Below are positions 18,101 to 25,289 of a stretch of DNA of 43,132 nt, in pieces. Within the stretch, counting starts at the first letter, position 1, and every line of letters starts with the position of its first letter. Made by a program: the position numbers and the translations under genes. The notes beneath the pieces were generated by a model. It saw only the letters and a program-made list of their open reading frames with translations, was not told the DNA's origin and did not search any database. Where the stretch lies: positions 1 through 43,132 of IMG/VR virus record IMGVR_UViG_3300045988_067234. The stretch is one strand, 5' to 3'. Source of the DNA: a virus.

Positions 18101-21100
18101 GCGAATATAAGGAGTTCTTGAGAAACACGGCGCTGAAGGTGAGCGACAACACACTGAACGATCTGCCGGAGGGATTCCGCAAAGAATACTCGGGCAAGAT
18201 AAAGCTCCGTGCAGACGGGCGCAGCGTAGACAGCGTATGGATGGAACTGCAGGAAAGATACGGTGAGGGCGAGTTCCCAAGCAACATCTACGCGCAGAGC
18301 GATATGCTTGAGATAATGGCCGACAAGTTCAGCACATGGCAGGCCATAGAGGGCAACCCGTTTTACAACTATATGGGCGAGGCAATACAGAGCCTGACGA
18401 ACGACATCATGGACATGGTGCTCGGAGCGGATATACGCCAGACTGCGCCGACGTACGCAGACCGCGCGGCGGCCAAGCTTGCCCGCGAACGCGCGAAAGG
18501 CGCGGAAGCGGTTGCGGCTGAACGGGAACGCGGCAGCGCGCGAGCCGAACGGCTTCAGGCGATGTTAGAGAGCGAACGCGAGCGGCGGCGCGAAGAAGTA
18601 GCCCGCGAAAAGGCTGACAAGTGGGCGGCGGTCGGCTCGGTGCGCGAATACTACCAGAGCATGATAAAGCGCCAGAGGGCGGAGCGCGCAGAGTCAGCGG
18701 ACAGGGGCAAATACCGTGCGCAGGTCGAAAAGCGCACGAAAGAACTCAGCGACTGGCTGCTCACCAACAGCGACAAGCAGCATGTGCCGGAGGTGCTGAA
18801 AAAAACCATAGGCGATTTTCTCGCGACCCTGGATTTCACGAGCCGCAGAGCTCTTGAGGGCGGCACAGCTACGCAGAAGGACGCACGCTTTCAGCAGAGA
18901 CTCAGCGCTTTGCAGGAGCTGCTGAGGAAACAGGCGGCAGCGCTGGAAGAGAACTCCGACGCAGACACCTTTACCGGATATCTGGACATTGACGGAGACA
19001 CGATGGACGCGCTCGCACAGCTCGTGCAGGACGTGAACGCGGCAATCGGCAGCGACCGCACATGGACTGTGAACCGGATGAATGCAGCAGACTTGGCGCG
19101 GCTGGATCAGGTGCTGAAGGTTCTGCAGCACAGCGTGAAAAACATGAATAAGCTGCTGGCAAACGCGCACTTCAAAAGCTCCATAGAAGCGGCGCAGAAC
19201 ACCATGACGCGCATGGACGCACTGAAAACGAACAGAAAGTATGCAGGCAAGGTCAAGGACTTCTTCGCATGGGACAACGTAACGCCGATTTATGCGTTCC
19301 GGCGCTTCGGCGACGGCGGCAAAGCAATTTTCGATTCCTTTACGCGCGGCTGGGACAAGATGGCATTCAACATGAGAACCATCTATGACTATGCCGAGAA
19401 CGCGTACACCGCCGACGAGGTCAGAGCATGGGAAAAGGATATACGCGAGGTTGAGCTGAGCACGGGGAAGAAGGTTCGTATCCCTGTGAGCGCAATCATG
19501 GAACTATATGTGAGCGCAAAGCAGGAGCAGGCTATGAACCACCTGAACGGCGGCGGCCTCCGCGTGAGCGACTTCAAGGATGGCCGGGCGACGGTAAACC
19601 AGACGGAACACTATCTTATGACGGCTGAGGACATCGCGGCAATAACCGGGGAACTGAGCGACAGGCAGAGGGCGGTCGCGGATGCGCTTCAGCGCTTCGC
19701 GGCGGGCACCGGTGCCGCATGGGGCAATGAAGTCAGCATGAAGCGCTTCGGATACAGGGCGTTCACCGAGGAAAGCTACTGGCCGATAGCGACGGATGAC
19801 AACACACGAGACGCCATTGACCCGCAGGCAAGAGCAAACGATATGTACCGTCTGCTCAACATGAGCATGACAAAGGGCAGAAATGCGAAAGCAAACAACG
19901 CACTTGTTGTGGGCAGCATCTTCGACACGTTCTCGGCGCATATGGCAGATATGGCGAAATACAACGCACTTGCATTGCCGGTGCTGGATGCGATGAAGTG
20001 GTACAACTACCGCGAGAAAGAGACTCTTTCAACGGGGCAGATAAAGACCGCTTCCGTGCAGGGCGCGATAGAGGGTGCGTATGGCCGAGGCGCGAACAAC
20101 TACATCGTAACGTTGATGAAGGATATCAACGGCAAACAGGAGCTTGGGCGCGGAGAGGATCTTCCACGGAAGATGATCTCGAACTACAAGGTGGCCTCGG
20201 TGGCGGCAAACGTCCGTGTGGCGCTCCTTCAGCCGACCTCATATGTCCGCGCCGGAATGGAGCTCGACCCGAAGTATCTTGCAAAGGGTGCTTTGATAAA
20301 GGGCGGCGTGCAGGAAATGATGAACTATTCCGGCACTGCAATCTGGAAGGACTTCGGCGGCTATGACACCAACATAAGCCGCAACATCCGCGACCAGATA
20401 AAGCATGACGCCACAGCCGGCGAGCAGATAAAGGAAAAGAGCATGGTGCTTGCTGAACTCGGCGACCGTCTGACATGGGGCGCGCTGTGGAACGCCTGCA
20501 AGCTCGAAGTGCAGGACAAGCAGCATTTGAGCGGCGAGGAACTTATGCAGGCCACGGCAAACAGATTCCGCGAGGTCATCTATCTGACACAGGTAATGGA
20601 CAGCACATTGACGCGCAGCCACAATATGCGCAGCAAGAGCACGTATGCCTCTCTCGCTACGGCGTTTATGTCTGAGCCTACGCTGAGTTACAGCATGGTG
20701 CAGGATGCTTTCATGGATTATATGGACGAACGCAAGATAAGCAAGAACGGGACAGCGGCATGGCAGAAGACACGCGGGAAGCTCGTAAAGGCGCTCGGCA
20801 TATACGCGATGAGCGCGGCTGCAAGCGCCATTATTGAGTCCCTTTGGGATGCATTCCGCGACGATGATGACTACGAGACGCTGCTCGAAAAAATTCTCGA
20901 AGCCATGTTCGGCACAAAGGAGGGTTGGTTCCTCGACGGCAACCTTATAGGCGACCTGCGAATAACCACAAAGCTGCCGCTTGTGAAGGATATCGTTTCG
21001 ATGTTTGACGGCTACAGCAACGACCGCATGGACACGGCGTGGGCGGCAAACCTTGTAAAGGCGTATAAGATATGGAAGGAAACGATAGACCTTGCGACAG

Positions 21101-22290
21101 GCAAGCTCGACAAGCCGACTGACGCCACATATAACGGCAAGATGACTTGGTACGGGAAACTGTACAACACGCTGAAGCCGCTGAGCCAGATGACAGGTTT
21201 TGCAATTGCGAACCTCACGCGCGACGTTTCGGCGATCTGGAACACCACATTCGGCGCATGGACGGGCAAGAAGCTCAGAACATATTACCCCGGCGTGAAG
21301 ACATCCGTAAAATACGCGTATCAGGACGGGTATCTGACAGCTGAGGAGGCCGAGAAGATACTCATTAACGAGGGCGTAGCGGAAGACAAGAATGACGTGT
21401 ACTTTATGCTGGATGAGTGGGACAGCGGAAAGAGCAGCTACAGCAAGTACGGCGCGATCAAGGACGCGGCGAAGGCAGGGGACAAAGCGGCATACAAGAG
21501 CGCGCTTAAAGACCTTACCGACCACGGTATAACAGAAAAGAACGCGCAGAGTGCGATCCGCAGTGCACTCAAGGAGTGGTATCAGGGCACGGAAGACACG
21601 CCGCAAAGCGTAAGCAAGCAGGACACGATCAAAAAGCTTCAGGAATTCACCGGGATGAGCAAGGCCGACGCGGAGGCGACGGCGCTTGAATGGACGTGCA
21701 AGATCGTTACCGGCGTGGAATACAGCGATATAAAGACGGCGTATCTCGATGGCGATGTGAACGCGGTCAAAGCGAAGCAAATGCTTATGAGATACGGCGG
21801 ACTCACCTCCGAGGAGGCGGACAAGCGCATTCAGAACTACAAGTTTGAGGAGCAATACGGGTTCACTTACAGCAGGAGCAACGTGCAGGACGAATATATC
21901 AGAGGCAGTATAAGCGAGGCGACCGCAAAAACCATGCTGACGCAGTACGGGGGTAAGACGGATGAGGAGGCGGAGCGCAGCATACAGGCGTTTAATTTCC
22001 TCCGAAGCTATCCGGAATACGACGCGGAGGATATAACCGAGGCGCAGATAGCAAAGTACTATGAAAGCGTGGACGGCAGCGGCGTGAGCGTACGGGAATA
22101 CGTCAACTACGCCAGCTTTATACGCAGCACAAGCGCCGATGTAGACGCAGACGGCAACGCGATAAACGGCTCGAAGATGCGTAAGGTGATGGAGTATATC
22201 GACAGCCTAAACCTGACGTCGCAGCAGAAAGACGTACTATTCCTGACACAGTACGCGAAGAGCAGCTTGAGAAAGACCCCGTGGCACTAA
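12172..22290 (+). CDS. Giant (3372 aa) polyvalent virion-associated protein with two HExxH zincin-like modules and a MuF-C-like domain
   Basis: Single uninterrupted ORF. HEMTH at 15151-15165 and HEIQH at 16195-16209. GWFRG..WRFEI and AGEIEARD motifs. MuF-C-like block at about 16700-17260. Gly-rich hydrophobic segments at about 13140-13880. Confidence 0.85.
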   Translation: MAYNPFRDGKQTQSTQTGRVNPFRQTSADRSDRERVMRNWQSDAEQHGILNNPQYTDEGKAYQQMAQEYAKYGTQYQNQLKQGVTGRQWAADTARRLEELTQQQRAAQQTERRRQDADAIGDPGLWVTTTEQYDALPEARRQEEARKAKQRPAVSLADYDKRIAELRKEKEWADYFAEAGLRDEAGYKAGSARGKATYESADAATARKRIGELEQRLVALNQNSGWASTVEQSDEIERERNAIQQELESLGAGYKNAQQADYTTSARNNISDRWTREERNNFYYLYNDNKDEAQAYARRINDRYAYSDAQAKKEKAGEWASQNFWTGLAGTAASVGMTMTSLADTLDRTKEYAATGDVSAKSGLTPADIGMAMTSAIASSLNEKSGTINDNVWVIGGKGLGDLYETGVSILNSLASVYMLGGVGTYANFFGQASKTAYEEGIQRGLSVDKALTYGYASGVAEVAGEMFSIEHLIKMKNPSSLKGIIKNIFVQGGIEASEESATTLMNTISDAIINGDKSELASNYYALIQAGYSPADAEKLVIADWTQGVMYDALGGFVSGVASAGVHSTVQGSMTYKGDAQELIDYAKSEGADTAAAKRAQKYEKRLQSGKRMTNYQAGTLTELAQEAVVSKDLDNIREAVGKRLAALGENSSALTEAVVRQAVQQEAKAADISVPKVTEKQRGLIQNSKAAKRVLSEMDIGNMRMETAAELSGHDGSQYQRSNEWARDIGTRIIAPGEYGVRSTDTVTAEEKRADVKVGDESGKVVGFKNGMARVEVTENGKSTIREVKPDDVQQLPKQTRRLFDEISRYDGDTQAAMYAAYMPGQDIAAYVQAADTAMNLYGAQTKATLEQARSFGKATFRMLSDAQLDALMQAGRKLADQRKAAAERTGEGKGEVKQGKVSYDGGEAGGRKLKAPSKEAIDRMSDAEKTLAEALTATGVNVVFYESEANAEGRYSGAQGMYYNGTVYLDVNAGMNSVESGQRTIVLTAAHEMTHFIRENSEAGYIALREYITDRLMQQGLDIEELVTQKRARESRELSYDEAVEEVIADACETVLTEPTAIRQLASDNMPLAKKIRKWLNDFFRKIKSAFAGLEAVHDEAKAMTDYMDELRAMWDDALADAVRNRANKNAAENGDGVRHSYGGRGAENANLDELDRAKRLLAQGVDKDAVRRDTGWFRGADGQWRFEIDDSGLIYSKTGNILGYADSARAQHEYAAKWLALTSAEMTDAQRGELAEYIKQRDNGEFSQELYNKLTEYWGTAFEEYAAAKEAMLARSNASGVTVGDYIKHDELFGQYPHLKDLGLIFEDLGSGEKGYFNGLEIVIDRSLKDAPEKTLLHEIQHAIQRFEGFSKGASVEYWNRQLEAGKNVRTRAQLTEEARIENQLTELRIKSPDFYADIMQLEEMTPTIPRGKIDWNTLEQIEPDPPEWQRYDTRREELEQKYGEDRVFSAIDLFNDLTQSRKTTQQLPSELYFNTAGEIEARDVAARAALTKAERAAKAPNLGDGNTVWAKYSIREDAPAEIHKAVTDKNYGGDIRLTDTTPSIMLAHKGVRNLPMLMKASHIRENILTKQEAAKLGLDTGKGINYHGLGEEVFKKVIDSLDDISVGYRGTPKSNDPSRRENSFLLISTVKDNGRNTIVVPVYINEMGSYNRVLIRTNKIASVYGKSSLNEYIKREIAKGNLVRIKKRSPANSESPAPIAVDYNGVTSQAKAADQTAMAFGNTSIRSSSENSNTKIKKSERDVDLTAKYPQLNLNEDISELDGVPAIELTDGSVLPITERDGRYPTHVSFIEANRIDVDDLKSGGWIGNGVYDPSFTSDTQRYIERQQARKRVAELTGKQYEQFRYSMRDVTVDDTREELAQRRAAYARLERENAALKARVDYLKGQTKLTKEATVRESDVAKYARSILKEYTSRADSAEIQQQLQELGNYIVQNDARVLSYDEIRSRAEDIAETVLDNAHAVIAEEMPGLGEYKEFLRNTALKVSDNTLNDLPEGFRKEYSGKIKLRADGRSVDSVWMELQERYGEGEFPSNIYAQSDMLEIMADKFSTWQAIEGNPFYNYMGEAIQSLTNDIMDMVLGADIRQTAPTYADRAAAKLARERAKGAEAVAAERERGSARAERLQAMLESERERRREEVAREKADKWAAVGSVREYYQSMIKRQRAERAESADRGKYRAQVEKRTKELSDWLLTNSDKQHVPEVLKKTIGDFLATLDFTSRRALEGGTATQKDARFQQRLSALQELLRKQAAALEENSDADTFTGYLDIDGDTMDALAQLVQDVNAAIGSDRTWTVNRMNAADLARLDQVLKVLQHSVKNMNKLLANAHFKSSIEAAQNTMTRMDALKTNRKYAGKVKDFFAWDNVTPIYAFRRFGDGGKAIFDSFTRGWDKMAFNMRTIYDYAENAYTADEVRAWEKDIREVELSTGKKVRIPVSAIMELYVSAKQEQAMNHLNGGGLRVSDFKDGRATVNQTEHYLMTAEDIAAITGELSDRQRAVADALQRFAAGTGAAWGNEVSMKRFGYRAFTEESYWPIATDDNTRDAIDPQARANDMYRLLNMSMTKGRNAKANNALVVGSIFDTFSAHMADMAKYNALALPVLDAMKWYNYREKETLSTGQIKTASVQGAIEGAYGRGANNYIVTLMKDINGKQELGRGEDLPRKMISNYKVASVAANVRVALLQPTSYVRAGMELDPKYLAKGALIKGGVQEMMNYSGTAIWKDFGGYDTNISRNIRDQIKHDATAGEQIKEKSMVLAELGDRLTWGALWNACKLEVQDKQHLSGEELMQATANRFREVIYLTQVMDSTLTRSHNMRSKSTYASLATAFMSEPTLSYSMVQDAFMDYMDERKISKNGTAAWQKTRGKLVKALGIYAMSAAASAIIESLWDAFRDDDDYETLLEKILEAMFGTKEGWFLDGNLIGDLRITTKLPLVKDIVSMFDGYSNDRMDTAWAANLVKAYKIWKETIDLATGKLDKPTDATYNGKMTWYGKLYNTLKPLSQMTGFAIANLTRDVSAIWNTTFGAWTGKKLRTYYPGVKTSVKYAYQDGYLTAEEAEKILINEGVAEDKNDVYFMLDEWDSGKSSYSKYGAIKDAAKAGDKAAYKSALKDLTDHGITEKNAQSAIRSALKEWYQGTEDTPQSVSKQDTIKKLQEFTGMSKADAEATALEWTCKIVTGVEYSDIKTAYLDGDVNAVKAKQMLMRYGGLTSEEADKRIQNYKFEEQYGFTYSRSNVQDEYIRGSISEATAKTMLTQYGGKTDEEAERSIQAFNFLRSYPEYDAEDITEAQIAKYYESVDGSGVSVREYVNYASFIRSTSADVDADGNAINGSKMRKVMEYIDSLNLTSQQKDVLFLTQYAKSSLRKTPWH

Positions 22291-22297
22291 TACGCGG

Positions 22298-22335
22298 ACA
22301 CACTGGGAGAAATCCCAGTGTGTTTTTATGTTTTT
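22298..22335 (+). terminator. Rho-independent terminator
   Basis: 11-bp stem ACACACTGGGA/TCCCAGTGTGT with loop GAAA, followed by TTTTTATGTTTTTT. Confidence 0.85.
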
Positions 22336-22355
22336 TGAAAAATTTTCGCGTTTTG

Positions 22356-22389
22356 GGGTTAGAGAAATGAGAGCGGGATTTGTTATCAT
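22356..22389 (+). promoter_or_regulatory. Conserved late-promoter-like element, copy 2
   Basis: GGGTTAGAGAAA-N8-GGATTT..TATCAT, with the same spacing as copy 1 at 5058-5091. Confidence 0.5.
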
Positions 22390-22439
22390 AAAGCTAAGAG
22401 TCGTGGCCTTAAGCCAGAGAATAAACAAGGAGGCATCCT

Positions 22440-23465
22440 ATGCACACAAAATTTGACTTCGACCTCCAGCTTTTTGCCGAGGGCGGCGCACCCGCAGGCG
22501 AGGGCGGAGGAGAAGCAACGGGCGAAAGTACTGCCGACGCCGGGCAGAGTTTTGAAGCAAGACTTGAGGCCTTGAACGTACCCAAAAGCAAGATAAGAAA
22601 GGGCGCATACAAGAATGCCCCGACACCCGCGGCGCCTGCACAGCAGGAGGAGCCGCACGAGAAGGAGCCGGAGCAGGAAGAAAGCGGAGCCGCCGTCCGC
22701 AAGAGCTGGGATGAGGTCAAGGCAGAGTACAAAGCGGAATTTGACGCAGAGATGCAGGGCACGATCAAAAGACGGCTGAAGAACAGCGACGCAGAGCTTG
22801 AGACACTGCGCGCGAAGGAAGCCGCGGCCGCGCCGCTGTATGACTATCTGGCCAGCCGCTACGGACTCGACGCCGCTAACCTGAACGTGGAGGAGCTTAT
22901 ACAGAAGTTCCGCGAAGACGACGCCATGTTTGAGGAGGACGCGGCGAGACTGGGGACAGACGCAGGCACGGCCAAAAAAATGATTCTGGCCGAGCAGGAC
23001 GGCAAGCGCAAGGCGCGCGAAGATGAAGCCAACCGGCAGGCACGGCAGAAGGAGCTGGAGGACGCATTCAAGCGTCAGCAGGCTTCCAGCCATTTCGACG
23101 AGCTGCGCAGGCAGGGCGAGGAGCTGAAGAAAGAGTTTTCGGACTTCGACCTTGCGGCAGCAATGAGCGACGAAGCGTTCGTGAAATTCACGCAGCCGGG
23201 GAGCAACATAAGCGTACGCGCGGCGTATCTGGCACTGCATCCGGAGGTGCAGGAGCAGCGCGTGCAGCAGGCGGCAGCAAAGGCAACGGAGGCTGTTTCC
23301 GCTTCGGTCGCCGCCAACAGGGCAAGGCCGAGGGAAAACGGCAGCCAGGCCGCCACGCTTGCGACAAACGACCCCAGAAACATGACAAAAGAGGAACGCG
23401 CGGCACTGCGTAAGAGAATTTACGCCGCCGCCTACAACGGGGAAAAGCTCCCGTTAGGAGGCTGA
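22440..23465 (+). CDS. Scaffolding protein
   Basis: Highly charged, helical, E/A/K/R-rich 341 aa directly upstream of the capsid gene. The N-terminus MHTKFDFDLQLFAEGG carries a Prp-type cleavage motif. Confidence 0.75.
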   Translation: MHTKFDFDLQLFAEGGAPAGEGGGEATGESTADAGQSFEARLEALNVPKSKIRKGAYKNAPTPAAPAQQEEPHEKEPEQEESGAAVRKSWDEVKAEYKAEFDAEMQGTIKRRLKNSDAELETLRAKEAAAAPLYDYLASRYGLDAANLNVEELIQKFREDDAMFEEDAARLGTDAGTAKKMILAEQDGKRKAREDEANRQARQKELEDAFKRQQASSHFDELRRQGEELKKEFSDFDLAAAMSDEAFVKFTQPGSNISVRAAYLALHPEVQEQRVQQAAAKATEAVSASVAANRARPRENGSQAATLATNDPRNMTKEERAALRKRIYAAAYNGEKLPLGG

Positions 23466-23488
23466 CCCCATGAGATGAAAGGAAATAT

Positions 23489-24601
23489 ATGAACAAGTTT
23501 TTTAACCTTCAGTTTTTCGCCGATGCGGGTACGCTTGTAAACGCTACCGGCAACTATGTCAACGCGGGCACCGGCACGACCACTGCGTTCGACGGCACCA
23601 ACACCCTCGCACCCGAACTCAAGGCGTTCTACGACACTGAGCTTCTCGAAAACGCCCGCGTAGAACTGTTCTACGCGCAGTTCGGCAAGAAGCAGCCGCT
23701 CCCCAAGAACCACAAGGGGCAGGTCGAGTGGCGCAAGTGGAACGCTTTTGAGCGCGCCTCGAAGCTGACCGAGGGCGTCATCCCCACCGGTCAGAAGTTC
23801 GGCGTTAGCGCTCTGACCGGCAGTATCGACCAGTACGGTACGTACACCTCAATAACCGACAAGCTTGAGCTTCGCGCCTATGACGATGTTATCCTGGGCG
23901 CGACCGAGGAAATGGGCGCGTCGGCAGCGGAAACTCAGGAGTGGCTCATCCGTGACGCGCTGCTCGTCGGCACCAACGTCCTCTACTGTGACAACGTCAA
24001 CAAGGATACCGGCGCGGTCATCGGCACTCCGACCAGCTGTGCGACTATGGGCGCAGGCGGCAGCACTTCTAGCGGCGGCGGCTCCACTCCTGACGGCTGG
24101 GCGCTGCTTACTCCGGCAATGGTCAATAAGGCGGTGACTATCATGAAGAAGAACCGCGTCCCGCGCATCAACGGCCGCTATTACGCGGTCATCCACCCGT
24201 CCGTTGCGCATGACCTGCGCGAGTGCGAGGGCTGGATAGAGGCGCACAAGTACGCAGCTCCCGAGGAGCTGTTCAACGGTGAGATCGGCGAGCTGCACGG
24301 GGTACGCTTCATAGAGGACGCCTTCGCCCCCATTCTCGGCGGCACAAACTATAAGAATAAGTCGGAAGGCGTTACCTATGCGACCTATTTCTTTGGCAAG
24401 GACGCCTTCGGCATCATCGACCCGGAGGGCGGTGCGCTGGAGATGATAATCCACGACAAGAAGGAGGTCGGCGGGCCGCTGGACCAGTTCAGCACCATCG
24501 GCTACAAGTTTGAGACGAACGGCGCGACTATCCTCTATCAGGAGCGTATGCTCCGCGTGATGAGCGTGTCCACCTTCTCCGCAACTGACGAGGCCAACTG
24601 A
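23489..24601 (+). CDS. Major capsid protein
   Basis: 370 aa following the scaffold. The N-terminus MNKFFNLQFFADAG carries a Prp-type motif. A strong hairpin lies downstream. Confidence 0.85.
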   Translation: MNKFFNLQFFADAGTLVNATGNYVNAGTGTTTAFDGTNTLAPELKAFYDTELLENARVELFYAQFGKKQPLPKNHKGQVEWRKWNAFERASKLTEGVIPTGQKFGVSALTGSIDQYGTYTSITDKLELRAYDDVILGATEEMGASAAETQEWLIRDALLVGTNVLYCDNVNKDTGAVIGTPTSCATMGAGGSTSSGGGSTPDGWALLTPAMVNKAVTIMKKNRVPRINGRYYAVIHPSVAHDLRECEGWIEAHKYAAPEELFNGEIGELHGVRFIEDAFAPILGGTNYKNKSEGVTYATYFFGKDAFGIIDPEGGALEMIIHDKKEVGGPLDQFSTIGYKFETNGATILYQERMLRVMSVSTFSATDEAN

Positions 24602-24608
24602 CAACAAA

Positions 24609-24631
24609 CCGGCGGGGACATTCCCCGCCGG
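24609..24631 (+). terminator. Stable hairpin after the capsid gene (attenuator or mRNA stabiliser; no U-tract)
   Basis: Stem CCGGCGGGGA/TCCCCGCCGG. Confidence 0.4.
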
Positions 24632-24650
24632 AACCTGAAAGGAGATTAAC

Positions 24651-24875
24651 ATGGCAAAGAACACCGACATGGTTGAAGTAACCATACCGAGAGGCAGCGA
24701 CAGGGGCGACCCGAACCTCTTCGTAGCTGTCAACGGCGTCAATTATATCCTGCCGCGCGGCAAGAAAAGCACCGTCCCGAAGTTCGTCGCGGACGAGATA
24801 AAGAGAAGCCAGGAAGCCGAAGATGCATTTTATGAGACCAAGGATAAGCTGAGAACGGAATTTCCGAGCTTTTGA
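24651..24875 (+). CDS. Hypothetical small head-module protein
   Basis: AAAGGAG RBS; 74 aa. Confidence 0.55.
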   Translation: MAKNTDMVEVTIPRGSDRGDPNLFVAVNGVNYILPRGKKSTVPKFVADEIKRSQEAEDAFYETKDKLRTEFPSF

Positions 24876-24903
24876 CAGGCGGGCGGCAAACCCGCCTGTT
24901 TTA
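24875..24903 (+). terminator. Rho-independent terminator or attenuator
   Basis: Stem ACAGGCGGG/CCCGCCTGT followed by TTTTAGG. Confidence 0.6.
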
Positions 24904-24913
24904 GGAGATATAC

Positions 24914-25279
24914 ATGACCGTACTTGAAATAATAAATAGGGCGGACACGCTTGAGCCGAACGCATATTCGGCGGACGAGAAAATACGCTGGCTGTCAAAC
25001 CTCGACGGGAAAATCTTCGAGGAGGTCATAAAGACCCACGAGGGCGGCGCGGAGAGCTTCACCCCGTACAGCACAGGCGACGAGGAGCTGCTGCTCGCAG
25101 AGCCGTACGGCGAGGACGTGTACACCCATTACATCGCGGCGATGATCGCGGCGGGAAACTCCGAGGCGAGCCGGTATAATCAGCAGATAGCGATGTACAA
25201 CGCGAACTACGGGCAGTGGTTCAACTGGTACAACCGGACGCACAGGCCGCTGCCGAAAAGCAAACGTTTCGTGTTCTGA
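24914..25279 (+). CDS. Hypothetical structural protein (head-tail adaptor candidate by position)
   Basis: TAGGAG RBS; 121 aa; the assignment rests on position only. Confidence 0.4.
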   Translation: MTVLEIINRADTLEPNAYSADEKIRWLSNLDGKIFEEVIKTHEGGAESFTPYSTGDEELLLAEPYGEDVYTHYIAAMIAAGNSEASRYNQQIAMYNANYGQWFNWYNRTHRPLPKSKRFVF

Positions 25280-25289
25280 GGTAAATAGT

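Noticed and set aside
18541-18580. A third partial match to the late element (GTTAGAGAGCGAACGCGAGCGG) inside the giant gene.
   Set aside because: It lacks the GGATTT box and its spacing, has no preceding terminator, and lies within coding sequence. It is probably a chance match.
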